63,204 nucleotides of DNA, taken from an uncultured Actinomycetota bacterium (GTDB lineage Bacteria; Actinomycetota; Humimicrobiia; Humimicrobiales; Humimicrobiaceae). The DNA lies in the NCBI GenBank assembly GCA_964494385.1, contig CAZBSE010000006.1, positions 1-63,204 of the forward strand, read 5' to 3'. Below, piece after piece: positions 9,396 through 18,856 of the stretch; position 1 is the stretch's first letter; the number at the start of each line of letters is the position of its first letter. The notes under the pieces were generated by a model, which did not search any database, was not told the origin of the DNA, and was given only the letters and a program-made list of their open reading frames with translations. Made by a program: the position numbers and the translations under genes.

Positions 9396-12300
9396 GCTGA
9401 TTTTGCCTTTGCCAACAGATTATTTTTTATAGTATTTTTTCTGGCTGCGCTCCTGGTTTTTTTTAAGAGTTCAAGGCTAAAGGCATTACTGACCACCAGG
9501 AATGCCTCGTTGTCTTTTAAGCGAATCCTGCCCCGGACCATTATAGCCGAATGGTTGGTTAATATTTTCAAATTTTTCTTATATTCATCAGGAAAGAATA
9601 TTGCTTCGTACATGCCGTCTTCATCTTCCATGGTGCACAGCAGCATATATCTTCCATCTCTGGTTTTTTTAATTCTTCTGTCGATAATAATACCTGCATT
9701 AAAGATGTCTCTTCTAGCGACTGCAGGATCGGGGAAGTACCTGCTTCTTATATTACGGTATTCTTCCAGCTCATTTTTAAAATACCATAGGGGGGAACTG
9801 CTCGCGCAAAAACCCAGGATCTCCTCTTCGATTTCCAGCTTTTCTTCAGGATCAAAATCTTCGGTATATTCTTTGCCATCCGTCAGAAGAGGCCTGCTGC
9901 TGCAGGAATTGTCTTTATTATTTTTCAGTCTGTAATAATTCAGCAGCAAATATTTCCTTTTTAAGCCTGTAAAATCAAATGCCCCCACTTTTATAAGGTT
10001 TTCGATTGCTTTTCCCGTTACCCTGCAGCTGCTTTTTGAGATCCTATAATAAAAATCAGCAAAGTTTTTAAAATTTCCATCTCTATTTCTTTCATTTATT
10101 ATAGAATTGACACCTGCTTGCCCCAGTTCTCTAACGGTTAAAAGAGAAACTCTTATGGATTTTCCTTCATCTTCGACAGAGAATTTGAATCCGTTTCCGT
10201 TAATATGGGGGAGTTTTATATTTATGCCGAGCCGCCTTGCTTCTTCGATGTATCTGGATCTGTCGTAGTAACCTGAATTGTTGGTCAATATTATTGATAA
10301 CAGTTCTGCCGGGTAGTGAGCCTTTATGTAGCAGATTTTATAGGACAGTTCGGCATAAGCGGCAGCATGAGCTTTAACAAAACCGTAGCTGGCAAATTTG
10401 GATATCAATTTAAAGATTTCCTCTGCGGTGCCTATATGGTAACCTCTGACGATTGCCCCTTTAATGAACCGTCCCTTATGGGTTTCCATATCTTTTTTTG
10501 AAAGTCCGGTCATGGCTTTTCTCAGGTTGTCGGCTTCGCTGAGAGAATATCCTGCTATGCTGACCGCTGTTTGTATTACCTGCTCCTGAAATAATATTAT
10601 CCCATAGGTCTCATTTAAGATCGGCTCCAGATTCCTGTGAAGATAGACAGTATTTTCTTTTCCGGATTTTCTGGCGATAAAATTTTTAACCATCCCTGAT
10701 TGCTGGGGACCGGGCCTGTATAGAGAGATGAGTAGTGTAATATCGTTCAGGGTGGACGGCTTTATTTTTTTTGCCAGTTTTCTGATGCCGAAGCTTTCCA
10801 GTTGAAAAACTCCCAATGTCTTTCCATTTTTTATAAGGTCGAGTGCCTTTCTGTCGTTGTATCTTATTTCCCGGATATTCAGATTTATATTTCTTTCAGC
10901 TTTCAACATATGTGTTAATTCATCCAGCAGGCTGAGACTCAAAGAGTTTATAAGGTCTATTTTTAAGAGCCCCAGAGCCTCTATGCTATCCATATCATAC
11001 TGGCTGGTTACCTCGCCGGTTCGTGACAGAGTAAGAGGGATTTTTTTTGCCAGGCTGGAATTGGATATGATAAATGCAGAGGGATGTACAGAAGTGTGCC
11101 GCACATAACTTTCGATTTTCTTTGAAATATAGGTTATTTTTTTATACTGTATGTCATCCGGTTCCGTATGCTCCTGATTTTTAAGAAGGCCCCCATGACC
11201 CTGCCTGACGGAGGATGTTGAGAAACCGGGATCTGACTTGATTGCCCAGTCTATGTCTTCTTTGCCCCATCCCAGGATTCTTCCCGCTTCTCTTAAGGCG
11301 GCTCTCGGCTTCAGGGTAGAAAAGGAGCATACCCTGGAGATATTATTTTTACCGTATTTGCCAATGAGATATCTTATTATTTCAGCTCTTCTTTTATGGG
11401 ACAAATCGATATCTATATCAGGAGGATCCTTTCTTTCCTTGTTGAGAAACCTTTCGAAGTAAAGGTTGTTTTTTACGGGATCGACATTAGAGATACCCAG
11501 CAGATAAGAAACTATACTTCCCGCAGAAGAGCCCTTTCCGCAGATGGGGATATTGTTTTTACGGGCAAATGCTGCTATATCGGCAACAATAAGAAAATAT
11601 CCGCAGAAGCCTGTTTTTATTATCACTTCCAGTTCTTTTTTTAACCTGCTGCAGATATCTGCCGAAGGATTGTCTCCATATCTCCATTTCACCCCTCTCC
11701 GACAGAGACTCCTGAGGCAATCTTCCTGTGTTTCACATCCCGGAACTTTGAAGCGGGGATAGTTTATATTGCCAAGAGGGAGCTTTAAATTACACTTGTC
11801 AGCTATGACACGGGTATTGGAAATTGCTTCTGGTACGTCGGAAAACATCTCCAGCATTTCAGCGGCGGATTTGAAATAATGTTCGTTATTGCCGATAGGT
11901 CTTACGGCAGTTTCACCGTCTTTTCCCATCTCTTTTATTCTGGAGAGATATTTATATATGCTGTAGTCTTCTTTATTTAAGTAGTGGACATTGTTTGTAG
12001 CTACTATGGGGAAGCTGTTTTTCAGGGCAAAATTAATAAGTATCTCGGAAAGTGAAGATGAGGTAAGGCTTCCTCTGGTTTTTGGATATCTTTGAATCTC
12101 CAGGAAGAAATCCCCTTTGAATAATTCCCGGTAGTATGCGGCAGAGGTCAATGCTCCGGCTGTCTTTCCTGCTTTCAGCAGCAGGGAGATTTCACCGGTT
12201 TCACAGCAATTGAGTCCTATAAGACCCTGGTTCATTTTCTCGAGTTCTGTTATTTTAACTGCCGGCGGTGAGTCTCTTTTTTCCATATGAGATTTGCTTA

Positions 12301-12586
12301 TTATCTGACATAAATTTTCATATCCTTTTATATCTTTTATAAGAATAATCATGCCGGAAAGTATGCTATTATTTACAATGCCGATTACGCAGCCGACTAT
12401 GGGCTTTATGTTTTTTTCAGTTGCCAGTTTGTAGAATTCAACCGCTCCGCTCATTACATATTTGTCGGTAAGGGCAATTGTCGCCATGTTATTTTTGACA
12501 GCAGCATTAACCAGCTCTTCTATGCCTATAGTCGATTCCATAAGGCTGTACTCGCTGTGTACATGAAGATGGGAAAAAAAAGTCAC
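9374..12586 (-). CDS. dnaE2: DNA polymerase III alpha family, probably SOS-inducible DnaE2-like
   Basis: PHP 'HLHVHSEYS', 'GKGSSAGS', catalytic 'PDIDID' and 'GLLKID', 'GVFQLES', 'YGFVKAHA', OB fold; GTG start with AGGAG; SOS box upstream; overlaps dinB. Confidence 0.85.
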   Translation of the reverse strand: MTFFSHLHVHSEYSLMESTIGIEELVNAAVKNNMATIALTDKYVMSGAVEFYKLATEKNIKPIVGCVIGIVNNSILSGMIILIKDIKGYENLCQIISKSHMEKRDSPPAVKITELEKMNQGLIGLNCCETGEISLLLKAGKTAGALTSAAYYRELFKGDFFLEIQRYPKTRGSLTSSSLSEILINFALKNSFPIVATNNVHYLNKEDYSIYKYLSRIKEMGKDGETAVRPIGNNEHYFKSAAEMLEMFSDVPEAISNTRVIADKCNLKLPLGNINYPRFKVPGCETQEDCLRSLCRRGVKWRYGDNPSADICSRLKKELEVIIKTGFCGYFLIVADIAAFARKNNIPICGKGSSAGSIVSYLLGISNVDPVKNNLYFERFLNKERKDPPDIDIDLSHKRRAEIIRYLIGKYGKNNISRVCSFSTLKPRAALREAGRILGWGKEDIDWAIKSDPGFSTSSVRQGHGGLLKNQEHTEPDDIQYKKITYISKKIESYVRHTSVHPSAFIISNSSLAKKIPLTLSRTGEVTSQYDMDSIEALGLLKIDLINSLSLSLLDELTHMLKAERNINLNIREIRYNDRKALDLIKNGKTLGVFQLESFGIRKLAKKIKPSTLNDITLLISLYRPGPQQSGMVKNFIARKSGKENTVYLHRNLEPILNETYGIILFQEQVIQTAVSIAGYSLSEADNLRKAMTGLSKKDMETHKGRFIKGAIVRGYHIGTAEEIFKLISKFASYGFVKAHAAAYAELSYKICYIKAHYPAELLSIILTNNSGYYDRSRYIEEARRLGINIKLPHINGNGFKFSVEDEGKSIRVSLLTVRELGQAGVNSIINERNRDGNFKNFADFYYRISKSSCRVTGKAIENLIKVGAFDFTGLKRKYLLLNYYRLKNNKDNSCSSRPLLTDGKEYTEDFDPEEKLEIEEEILGFCASSSPLWYFKNELEEYRNIRSRYFPDPAVARRDIFNAGIIIDRRIKKTRDGRYMLLCTMEDEDGMYEAIFFPDEYKKNLKILTNHSAIMVRGRIRLKDNEAFLVVSNAFSLELLKKTRSAARKNTIKNNLLAKAKSAWEIQEE

Positions 12587-12645
12587 TTTATTTGCTCCTG
12601 TCCCTTAAATTTTGTTCATATATGTGTCCGCAACTGCCCATCTCT

Positions 12646-12674
12646 ATATTACAACCGAACATATGTTTGGTCAA
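12646..12674 (-). promoter_or_regulatory. Sigma70-type promoter with LexA (SOS) box in the spacer
   Basis: Minus strand TTGACC-17 bp-TAATAT; CGAAC-ATAT-GTTTG at 12656-12669. Confidence 0.8.
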
Positions 12675-12826
12675 TAAAAACTTATAATTTTAGGCGCTTA
12701 ATAATTTTAAGGTTGATTTTTTAATATTTTTATATATAATGTTATGTTTTGTGTGGTATTATTAAAAGATGTTTTAATAAAAATATTAATATTTATTGCA
12801 AAATATCGTAGAAAAAAGGGAAAAAT

Positions 12827-13363
12827 ATGAGGAAATGCAGCAAAACAATACATATTTCATTCTGGGCCCTGGCAGCATTTTTTATTCTGGCAGCTTCGCT
12901 GTCACTATTTTTTAAGGACAACGTACTTGATTTTTTGTTTTCAAATAATGAGATCGGAGAGTTTGCAGGAAGCGAAGAAGTAGTAATTAAAGAAGCGGTA
13001 GAAGTTGAGAAAGAAGTAGAATGGTATTATTTTATTGCTTCAGGTTATAGTGCCAATGATCCTGTACAGGGGACTAATAATATAACGGCGACGGGTAAGG
13101 AAATAAAGCAGGGAATGGTTGCGGTGGACCCCGAAGTAATACCTCTGGGAACCAAAATTGAAATAAAAGAAATGGGCATATTTGTAGCAGAGGACACAGG
13201 GGGTAAGATTAAGGGCAACAGGATAGATGTTTATTTCGATTCAAAGGAAGAAGCAAAAAAATTTGGCAAAAGGGGTATCTGGATTAAAATAGCAGACGGC
13301 GGCTATAAACTGGCTGATTTGTCTGATAATGAACAGTACATAAGCAGATATATGAACAGATAG
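12827..13363 (+). CDS. 3D-domain (MltA-like) membrane-anchored cell-wall protein
   Basis: N-terminal TM; 'ITATG', 'VAVDPEVIPLGT', 'AEDTGGKIKGNRIDVY'. Confidence 0.9.
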   Translation: MRKCSKTIHISFWALAAFFILAASLSLFFKDNVLDFLFSNNEIGEFAGSEEVVIKEAVEVEKEVEWYYFIASGYSANDPVQGTNNITATGKEIKQGMVAVDPEVIPLGTKIEIKEMGIFVAEDTGGKIKGNRIDVYFDSKEEAKKFGKRGIWIKIADGGYKLADLSDNEQYISRYMNR

Positions 13364-13375
13364 GAAATTTTTATC

Positions 13376-13735
13376 CTAATTTTTATTTTTCTTAATAATT
13401 TTGATTAAGATGTTGTAGAATTCAACGGCATCTTTTTTCTTTATTTTTTCTATTTTAAAACTTTCCTTTTTATTTTTGACAATCAGGGTGGAATAAATCA
13501 AACCTTCTTTTAAATCGGCGCTGTTGACGAAGGGGTAAGTGGCTATAAATTTCTTATCCCTGGTTATGTTGGAATAAAAATAAAAAAATAATTTCTTATC
13601 GGTTAGAACCAGAAGGCCAGCAATAGTATTCTCCAGGATACCGGGTGCGGTTAATACTGTTTTTTCACCCGGTCCCATAAAAGGAAAATAGCCCATATCA
13701 TGTGCCTGTGAGTCGCCTAAAGAAAATTCGCCCAT
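13376..13735 (-). CDS. Bacterial PH-domain-like protein (YokE/bPH_3-like)
   Basis: 'PGEKTVL..GLLVLTDKKLFF' pattern; SD GAGGTG. Confidence 0.6.
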   Translation of the reverse strand: MGEFSLGDSQAHDMGYFPFMGPGEKTVLTAPGILENTIAGLLVLTDKKLFFYFYSNITRDKKFIATYPFVNSADLKEGLIYSTLIVKNKKESFKIEKIKKKDAVEFYNILIKIIKKNKN

Positions 13736-13976
13736 ATTAACACCTCTGGGGTTTTAAAATTTAGTAAATTAAAGAATATAAAAAAAATTTCTAAAGGAAA
13801 AACCAAACGTAATTATATAAGATAACAATTGATAAAAAAAGTAATTCTTTAAATAAAAAACATATTGCCGGTATGTTATAATCGTAAAACCTGCATTATG
13901 CTTAATTTTATCCCCCAACGAACAATATTTGTTTTGTAAAAAAAATGATTATATAATACTTTATTAACCATAACGA

Positions 13977-14052
13977 GCGGAAGTAGCTCAGCTGGTAGAG
14001 CATCACCTTGCCAAGGTGGGGGTCGCGGGTCCGAATCCCGTCTTCCGCTCCA
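13977..14052 (+). tRNA. tRNA-Gly (GCC)
   Basis: Acceptor GCGGAAG/CTTCCGC, D arm GCTC/GAGC, anticodon stem TCACC-TTGCCAA-GGTGG, T arm GCGGG-TCCGAAT-CCCGT, encoded CCA; 76 nt. Confidence 0.96.
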
Positions 14053-14124
14053 TTTCTTTCATAAAAGGTTTTTTGTTATATGAATACAAAGATATATAAT
14101 TGTTAAAGGTCTATGTAAAAAAGA

Positions 14125-16068
14125 ATGATAAAAATGATTGAAATAAAATTTAATAAGCTTGGAAAGATAAAAGTAAAAAAAAATACAAGCATCCTTGACG
14201 CTCTAAGAGGGATAGATAAAAAATTAGCCGTACAGGCACTTGCAGCCGAGATTCTTCCTAAGGGGAACAAGGGTACGGATGGCAGTTTAGTGGATCTTAA
14301 CTGCAGAGTGAGCAGGGATTCAGCCTTTAATATAATTACTTCCGAGAACAGAGATAAAGCGTTAAATATTTTGAATCACAGCACTTCTCATATAATGGCA
14401 GCAGCCGTGAAAAGAATATTCCTGGACGCAAAATTTGCAATCGGCCCGGCTATTAAAGACGGTTTTTATTATGATTTCGAAACCAGAAAAGATGTATCGG
14501 CTGAAGATCTTCCTAAAATTGAAAGAGAAATGGAGAGAATAATAAAAGAAGATTATGGATTTGAAAGAAGCGAGATTAAAAAGGAAGAGGCCAGAGAATT
14601 ATTTAAAGGAAATCCTTACAAAATCGAATTGGTAGAGGGCATCAAGAGCAAGAAAGTCAGTATTTATTCTTCCGGGGATTTTACAGATTTATGTTCGGGG
14701 CCGCACATTCCATCGACGGGAAGAGTCGGGGCATTTAAGCTGCTAAGCATAGCAGGTGCTTATTGGCGGGGAGATGAAAAAAATAAGATGCTGGTAAGAA
14801 TATACGGGGCATCGTTTTTTAAAAAGGAGGAATTAAAAAATTACCTGGAAAGGCTGGCTGCAGCAAAGAGAAGCGACCACCGGAAGATCGGAAAAGATCT
14901 GGACCTGTTCAGCTTTAATGATCAGGCTCCGGGATTTGCATTTTTTCATCCCAAGGGAATGGTACTGCGGAATACTATACTGGATTACTGGAAAGAAGAG
15001 CATATAGAGGAAGGTTACAGCGAGATTAGTACGCCGATTATACTGAGCAATCAGTTATGGAAAACTTCGGGACACTGGGACAACTACAGGGAAAACATGT
15101 ATTTTGTAAGAATCGATGAAGGAGATTATGCCATAAAACCTATGAACTGCCCCGGAACGATTATAGTATACAAATCAAGCCAGCACTCCTACAAAGAGCT
15201 GCCCATAAGGATTGCAGAGCTGGGTCTGGTGCACAGGCATGAAAAATCGGGAGTTTTACATGGATTATTCAGAGTGAGAAGTTTCACCCAGGATGACGCT
15301 CATATATTCTGCATGGAAAATCAATCAAAAGAAGAAGTTTCTAAAGTAATAGGTATGATTGATCGAATATATAAGATTTTTGGTTTCGATAAATATTATA
15401 TGGAGCTTTCAACAAAGCCAAAAAAGAGAATAGGTACCGACAGCATGTGGGAAAAAGCAGAAGGTATATTAAAGGAAGCTATTGAGAGCAGGGGATTTGA
15501 CTATGTAATCAATAAGGGGGAAGGAGCTTTCTATGGTCCTAAAATTGACTTCCACATACAGGATTGCCTGGGAAGAACATGGCAGTGCGGCACCATACAG
15601 CTGGATTTTGCCATGCCTGAGAAATTTAATATTGAATATATGGGAGAAGATAATAAAAAACACAAGCCGGTAATGATACACAGGACCGTACTGGGAAGTA
15701 TTGAAAGGTTCATAGGCATACTTATAGAGCATTATAGCGGAAATTTACCTCCCTGGCTGGCTCCGGTTCAGGTAATCATTTTACCGATTTCTGAGAAATT
15801 TTACGATTATGGTAAAATAGTATATGAAGATCTAAAAAAAGAAAATATAAGGGTAGAGATTGATAACAGAGTGGAATCATTGAGCAAGAAGATAAGACAG
15901 GCTGAAATTAATAAAATACCTTATATGATTATTTTGGGAAAAAATGAGGAAGCAACGGGGACTATTACAATCAGGAAAAAAATCGGCGGTGATATAAGAG
16001 AAATAAAAACGCCTGATTTTATAAAGGATTTTAAAAGTGTCGTTGAAAATAAAGATAGGCTTTATTAG
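14125..16068 (+). CDS. thrS: Threonine--tRNA ligase
   Basis: 'HSTSHIMA', 'DLCSGPH', 'GAYWRGD', 'KPMNCPG', 'GAFYGPKID', 'MIHRTVLGSIERF'. Confidence 0.97.
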   Translation: MIKMIEIKFNKLGKIKVKKNTSILDALRGIDKKLAVQALAAEILPKGNKGTDGSLVDLNCRVSRDSAFNIITSENRDKALNILNHSTSHIMAAAVKRIFLDAKFAIGPAIKDGFYYDFETRKDVSAEDLPKIEREMERIIKEDYGFERSEIKKEEARELFKGNPYKIELVEGIKSKKVSIYSSGDFTDLCSGPHIPSTGRVGAFKLLSIAGAYWRGDEKNKMLVRIYGASFFKKEELKNYLERLAAAKRSDHRKIGKDLDLFSFNDQAPGFAFFHPKGMVLRNTILDYWKEEHIEEGYSEISTPIILSNQLWKTSGHWDNYRENMYFVRIDEGDYAIKPMNCPGTIIVYKSSQHSYKELPIRIAELGLVHRHEKSGVLHGLFRVRSFTQDDAHIFCMENQSKEEVSKVIGMIDRIYKIFGFDKYYMELSTKPKKRIGTDSMWEKAEGILKEAIESRGFDYVINKGEGAFYGPKIDFHIQDCLGRTWQCGTIQLDFAMPEKFNIEYMGEDNKKHKPVMIHRTVLGSIERFIGILIEHYSGNLPPWLAPVQVIILPISEKFYDYGKIVYEDLKKENIRVEIDNRVESLSKKIRQAEINKIPYMIILGKNEEATGTITIRKKIGGDIREIKTPDFIKDFKSVVENKDRLY

Positions 16069-16190
16069 CTGAAATTATATTTTCCTTTATTTTTTAAAAA
16101 AATATTTCTATAATTTAACTCTAACATTCTTGGGAAAAGTATTTGATATTAATTTAAATTATTTGTTAACTATATCGAGAGGTGCATAAA

Positions 16191-17534
16191 ATGACACTGA
16201 AGGAAAGAGTAAAGCTTTATACCACGAAGACTGCTATTAAAAGTGCGCTGAAAATACTTCCCAGAATTTCCGATGAGAGGTGGCTTTCGCTGATAAAAGG
16301 AAGAGTATACAGGCTCAAGAAGAAAGAAGAGAGAGATTTCCTGGAAAACTTGCTGGTGAATTTAAAAGCTGCAGCCTCAAGAGTATCTCCGCAGGTAAGA
16401 GAAAAAATAGTTATGAACCTTATAAACAATGCCATGGTACAGGGACAGCCTAAGAGGATGGCGTTTGCCAAAAAACATGGTTTCAGTCCGCCCAATTTAC
16501 TGGTTATAAGCCCTACTATGCGGTGTAATTTAAAATGTTACGGGTGCTATGCATGGCAGTATTCAAGAAAAAAAGATCTGCCATATGATGTTTGCAACAG
16601 GGTAATCGACGAGGCAAATGATATAGGACTTTACTTCTTTGTTATAACCGGAGGCGAACCGTTCTGCTGGGATAAATTTTATAACTTTCTTGAGAAGCAT
16701 AATGACTCATTCTTCCAGATTTACACCAACGGCCAGCTGATAGACAATAAAGTTGCAAAAAGACTTGCTAAGCTTGGGAATGCAGTTCCATGCATAAGCA
16801 TAGAAGGTTTTGAAAAAGAGACTGATAAGAGAAGGGGCAAGGGAGCCTGGTCCAGAGTTATGAATGCCATGGATGTGCTTAATGAAAACGGAGTGCTTTT
16901 TGGATTTTCGGTAACTGCAACCAGAGGAAATAATGAACTGGTTGTAAGTGATGAATTTGTTGATTTATTTGTAAGCAAGGGAGCATTTATAGGATGGTAT
17001 TTCAATTATATTCCAATAGGCAGGGAACCCGATATGGAACTAATGCCTACCCCGGAGCAGAGGGACTACAGAAGACAGAGGATTTTGGAAATAAGGAAGA
17101 CAAAGAAAATAATAGTAGCAGATTTCTGGAATGACGGTCCGCTGGTAAACGGGTGCATGGCTGGAGGGAAGAATTACCTGCATATAAATGTAAACGGCGA
17201 TGTTGAACCATGCGTATTTGTACACTTTGCAGCTGATAATATAAAAGAAAAGAGTCTCATTGATATTCTGACATCAGACTTTTTCATGGCATTTAGAAAA
17301 AGACAGCCCTATACAGAAAACCACTTAAGGCCCTGCAGCATAATAGATAATCCATATATTTTAAGGGATATCGTTGCAGAAACCGGTGCTTACCCCACAC
17401 ATGAAGGGGCAGAGACAATAGTAGGATGTCTTGCAAAACCATTGGATAGATATGCCAGTGATTATAAAAAAATAGCGGATGAAGCATGGGAAAAGGAGTA
17501 TGTTCCCAAAGAAGATAAAGAAGTCGCAGTGTAG
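16191..17534 (+). CDS. Radical SAM protein with SPASM/twitch-like C-terminus
   Basis: CNLKCYGC, 'TGGEPF', 'YTNG', 'DFWNDG..GCMAGG..YLHINVNGDVEPCVF', 'RPCSIID'; ATG 16191 after GAGGTG. Confidence 0.88.
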   Translation: MTLKERVKLYTTKTAIKSALKILPRISDERWLSLIKGRVYRLKKKEERDFLENLLVNLKAAASRVSPQVREKIVMNLINNAMVQGQPKRMAFAKKHGFSPPNLLVISPTMRCNLKCYGCYAWQYSRKKDLPYDVCNRVIDEANDIGLYFFVITGGEPFCWDKFYNFLEKHNDSFFQIYTNGQLIDNKVAKRLAKLGNAVPCISIEGFEKETDKRRGKGAWSRVMNAMDVLNENGVLFGFSVTATRGNNELVVSDEFVDLFVSKGAFIGWYFNYIPIGREPDMELMPTPEQRDYRRQRILEIRKTKKIIVADFWNDGPLVNGCMAGGKNYLHINVNGDVEPCVFVHFAADNIKEKSLIDILTSDFFMAFRKRQPYTENHLRPCSIIDNPYILRDIVAETGAYPTHEGAETIVGCLAKPLDRYASDYKKIADEAWEKEYVPKEDKEVAV

Positions 17535-17560
17535 ACAAAATAATTAATAATTAGTATAAT
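17532..17560 (+). promoter_or_regulatory. Sigma70-type promoter of the infC operon
   Basis: TAGACA-17 bp-TATAAT. Confidence 0.65.
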
Positions 17561-17600
17561 CCAACGTTATAAAAATTAAGTTGAAAAATTAAAATAAAAA

Positions 17601-17703
17601 TAAGTAGAAATCATCTATTTCTCACCAATCGACGATTTATAAAATCTGTTGATTCGGTTAATTATATTTAATAGGTAGATGATTTGTCTGCCTATTTTTT
17701 TTT
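17601..17703 (+). ncRNA. Ribosomal protein L20 leader (attenuator)
   Basis: AGAAAT-catct-ATTTCT hairpin then CACC, ACCAATCGAC/GTTGATTCGGT stem, terminator ATAGGTAGAT/GTCTGCCTAT + poly-T; alternative AAATCATCTATTT/AGGTAGATGATTT helix; located before infC-rpmI-rplT. Confidence 0.8.
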
Positions 17704-17746
17704 AAAATAATATTAGTGCCGGAGGTGTAAATTCAACAAAAAGAGA

Positions 17747-18241
17747 ATTCTCATAAACGAACAGATAAGAGTACCGGATATCAGATTAATTGAAGAAGAT
17801 GGGACTCAGATTGGGGTAATACCTGTCAGTGAAGCATTAAGGAAAGCTGAAGAAAAGGGCCTTGATTTAGTTGAAATATCACCTAACAGCAAACCGCCTG
17901 TCTGCAAAATAATGGATTACGGGAAATACAGGTATAAATTAGAGATATCAGAGAAAATAAGGAAAAAGAAACAATCTCAGATTATTGTAAAAGAAATTAA
18001 ACTAAGGCCAAAAATAGACACTAATGATCTTAACACCAAAAAGAAGCAAATAGAGAAATTTCTGTCAAGCGGCTATAAGGTGAAAATAACCGTTATGTTC
18101 AGAGGCAGGGAAATAGTACATAAAGAACTTGGAATGAATATACTTGATAGACTGGTAAAAGAATTGGAAGAAAAAAGCGTGTTAGAGCTGGAACCTAAAT
18201 TAGATGGTTATAACATTATTATGATTTTGGCACCAGATTAA
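17747..18241 (+). CDS. infC: Translation initiation factor IF-3 (non-ATG start; exact start uncertain)
   Basis: Frame continues upstream of the tracked ATG: [60 protein letters not shown]; in-frame ATT at 17747. Confidence 0.93.
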   Translation: MLINEQIRVPDIRLIEEDGTQIGVIPVSEALRKAEEKGLDLVEISPNSKPPVCKIMDYGKYRYKLEISEKIRKKKQSQIIVKEIKLRPKIDTNDLNTKKKQIEKFLSSGYKVKITVMFRGREIVHKELGMNILDRLVKELEEKSVLELEPKLDGYNIIMILAPD

Positions 18242-18284
18242 AAGTAAAATTATTCTAGTTAAATTAAATTGGAAGGATATTATA

Positions 18285-18479
18285 ATGCCAAAAATTAAAA
18301 CTCATAAAGGTGCTGCTAAAAGGTTTAAAGTCACCGGGAGTGGGAAGATTGTCAGAGAAAAAGCCTACAAAGGACATATTCTGACCAAAAAGAATTCTAA
18401 AAGGAAAAGACGACTGAGTAAAAGATATGAAGTAGCTGCTTCTGATAAGAAAAAAGTGAGAAGGCTTTTAGGCAGATAA
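18285..18479 (+). CDS. rpmI: 50S ribosomal protein L35
   Basis: [21 protein letters not shown]. Confidence 0.97.
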   Translation: MPKIKTHKGAAKRFKVTGSGKIVREKAYKGHILTKKNSKRKRRLSKRYEVAASDKKKVRRLLGR

Positions 18480-18496
18480 GGAAGGACGTGATTGGT

Positions 18497-18847
18497 ATGA
18501 CCAGGGTTAAAAGAGGACAGGTCAAAGGAAGAAAACATAAAAAAATATTAAAAGGAGCAAGGGGATATTATGGCTCCAAAAGCAGGAGCTATAAAATTGC
18601 CAAAGAACAGCTGCTAAAATCGATGAGTTATTCATACAGGGATAGGAAGAATAAAAAAAGGAACTTTAGAAGATTGTGGATTATCAGGATTAATGCGGCA
18701 GCAAGGGCCAATGGTATTTCGTACAATGAATTTATTAATGGTCTGAATAAAGCAAGTATTAATATAAATAGAAAAATGTTATCGGAAATGGCTGTAAGTG
18801 ATCCTGATGCTTTTCAAGAATTAACCAATATTGCTAAAAGCAGATAG
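18497..18847 (+). CDS. rplT: 50S ribosomal protein L20
   Basis: MTRVKRG..RNFRRLWIIRINAAAR..NRKMLSEMA. Confidence 0.97.
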   Translation: MTRVKRGQVKGRKHKKILKGARGYYGSKSRSYKIAKEQLLKSMSYSYRDRKNKKRNFRRLWIIRINAAARANGISYNEFINGLNKASININRKMLSEMAVSDPDAFQELTNIAKSR

Positions 18848-18856
18848 TATAAAATA

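Noticed and set aside
9333-9935. 200-aa plus-strand ORF and many other short ORFs in the track (e.g. 39024-39626, 49400-49906, 6769-7158)
   Set aside because: They are antisense or alternate-frame shadows of well-supported genes, with no recognisable motifs.
13977-14052. tRNA-Gly as an island integration site
   Set aside because: It is followed directly by thrS, and no integrase or duplicated 3' end was noticed.
14053-14124. T-box leaders before thrS, pheS, tyrS or ilvC
   Set aside because: Intergenic spaces are short or lack the T-box consensus and terminator.
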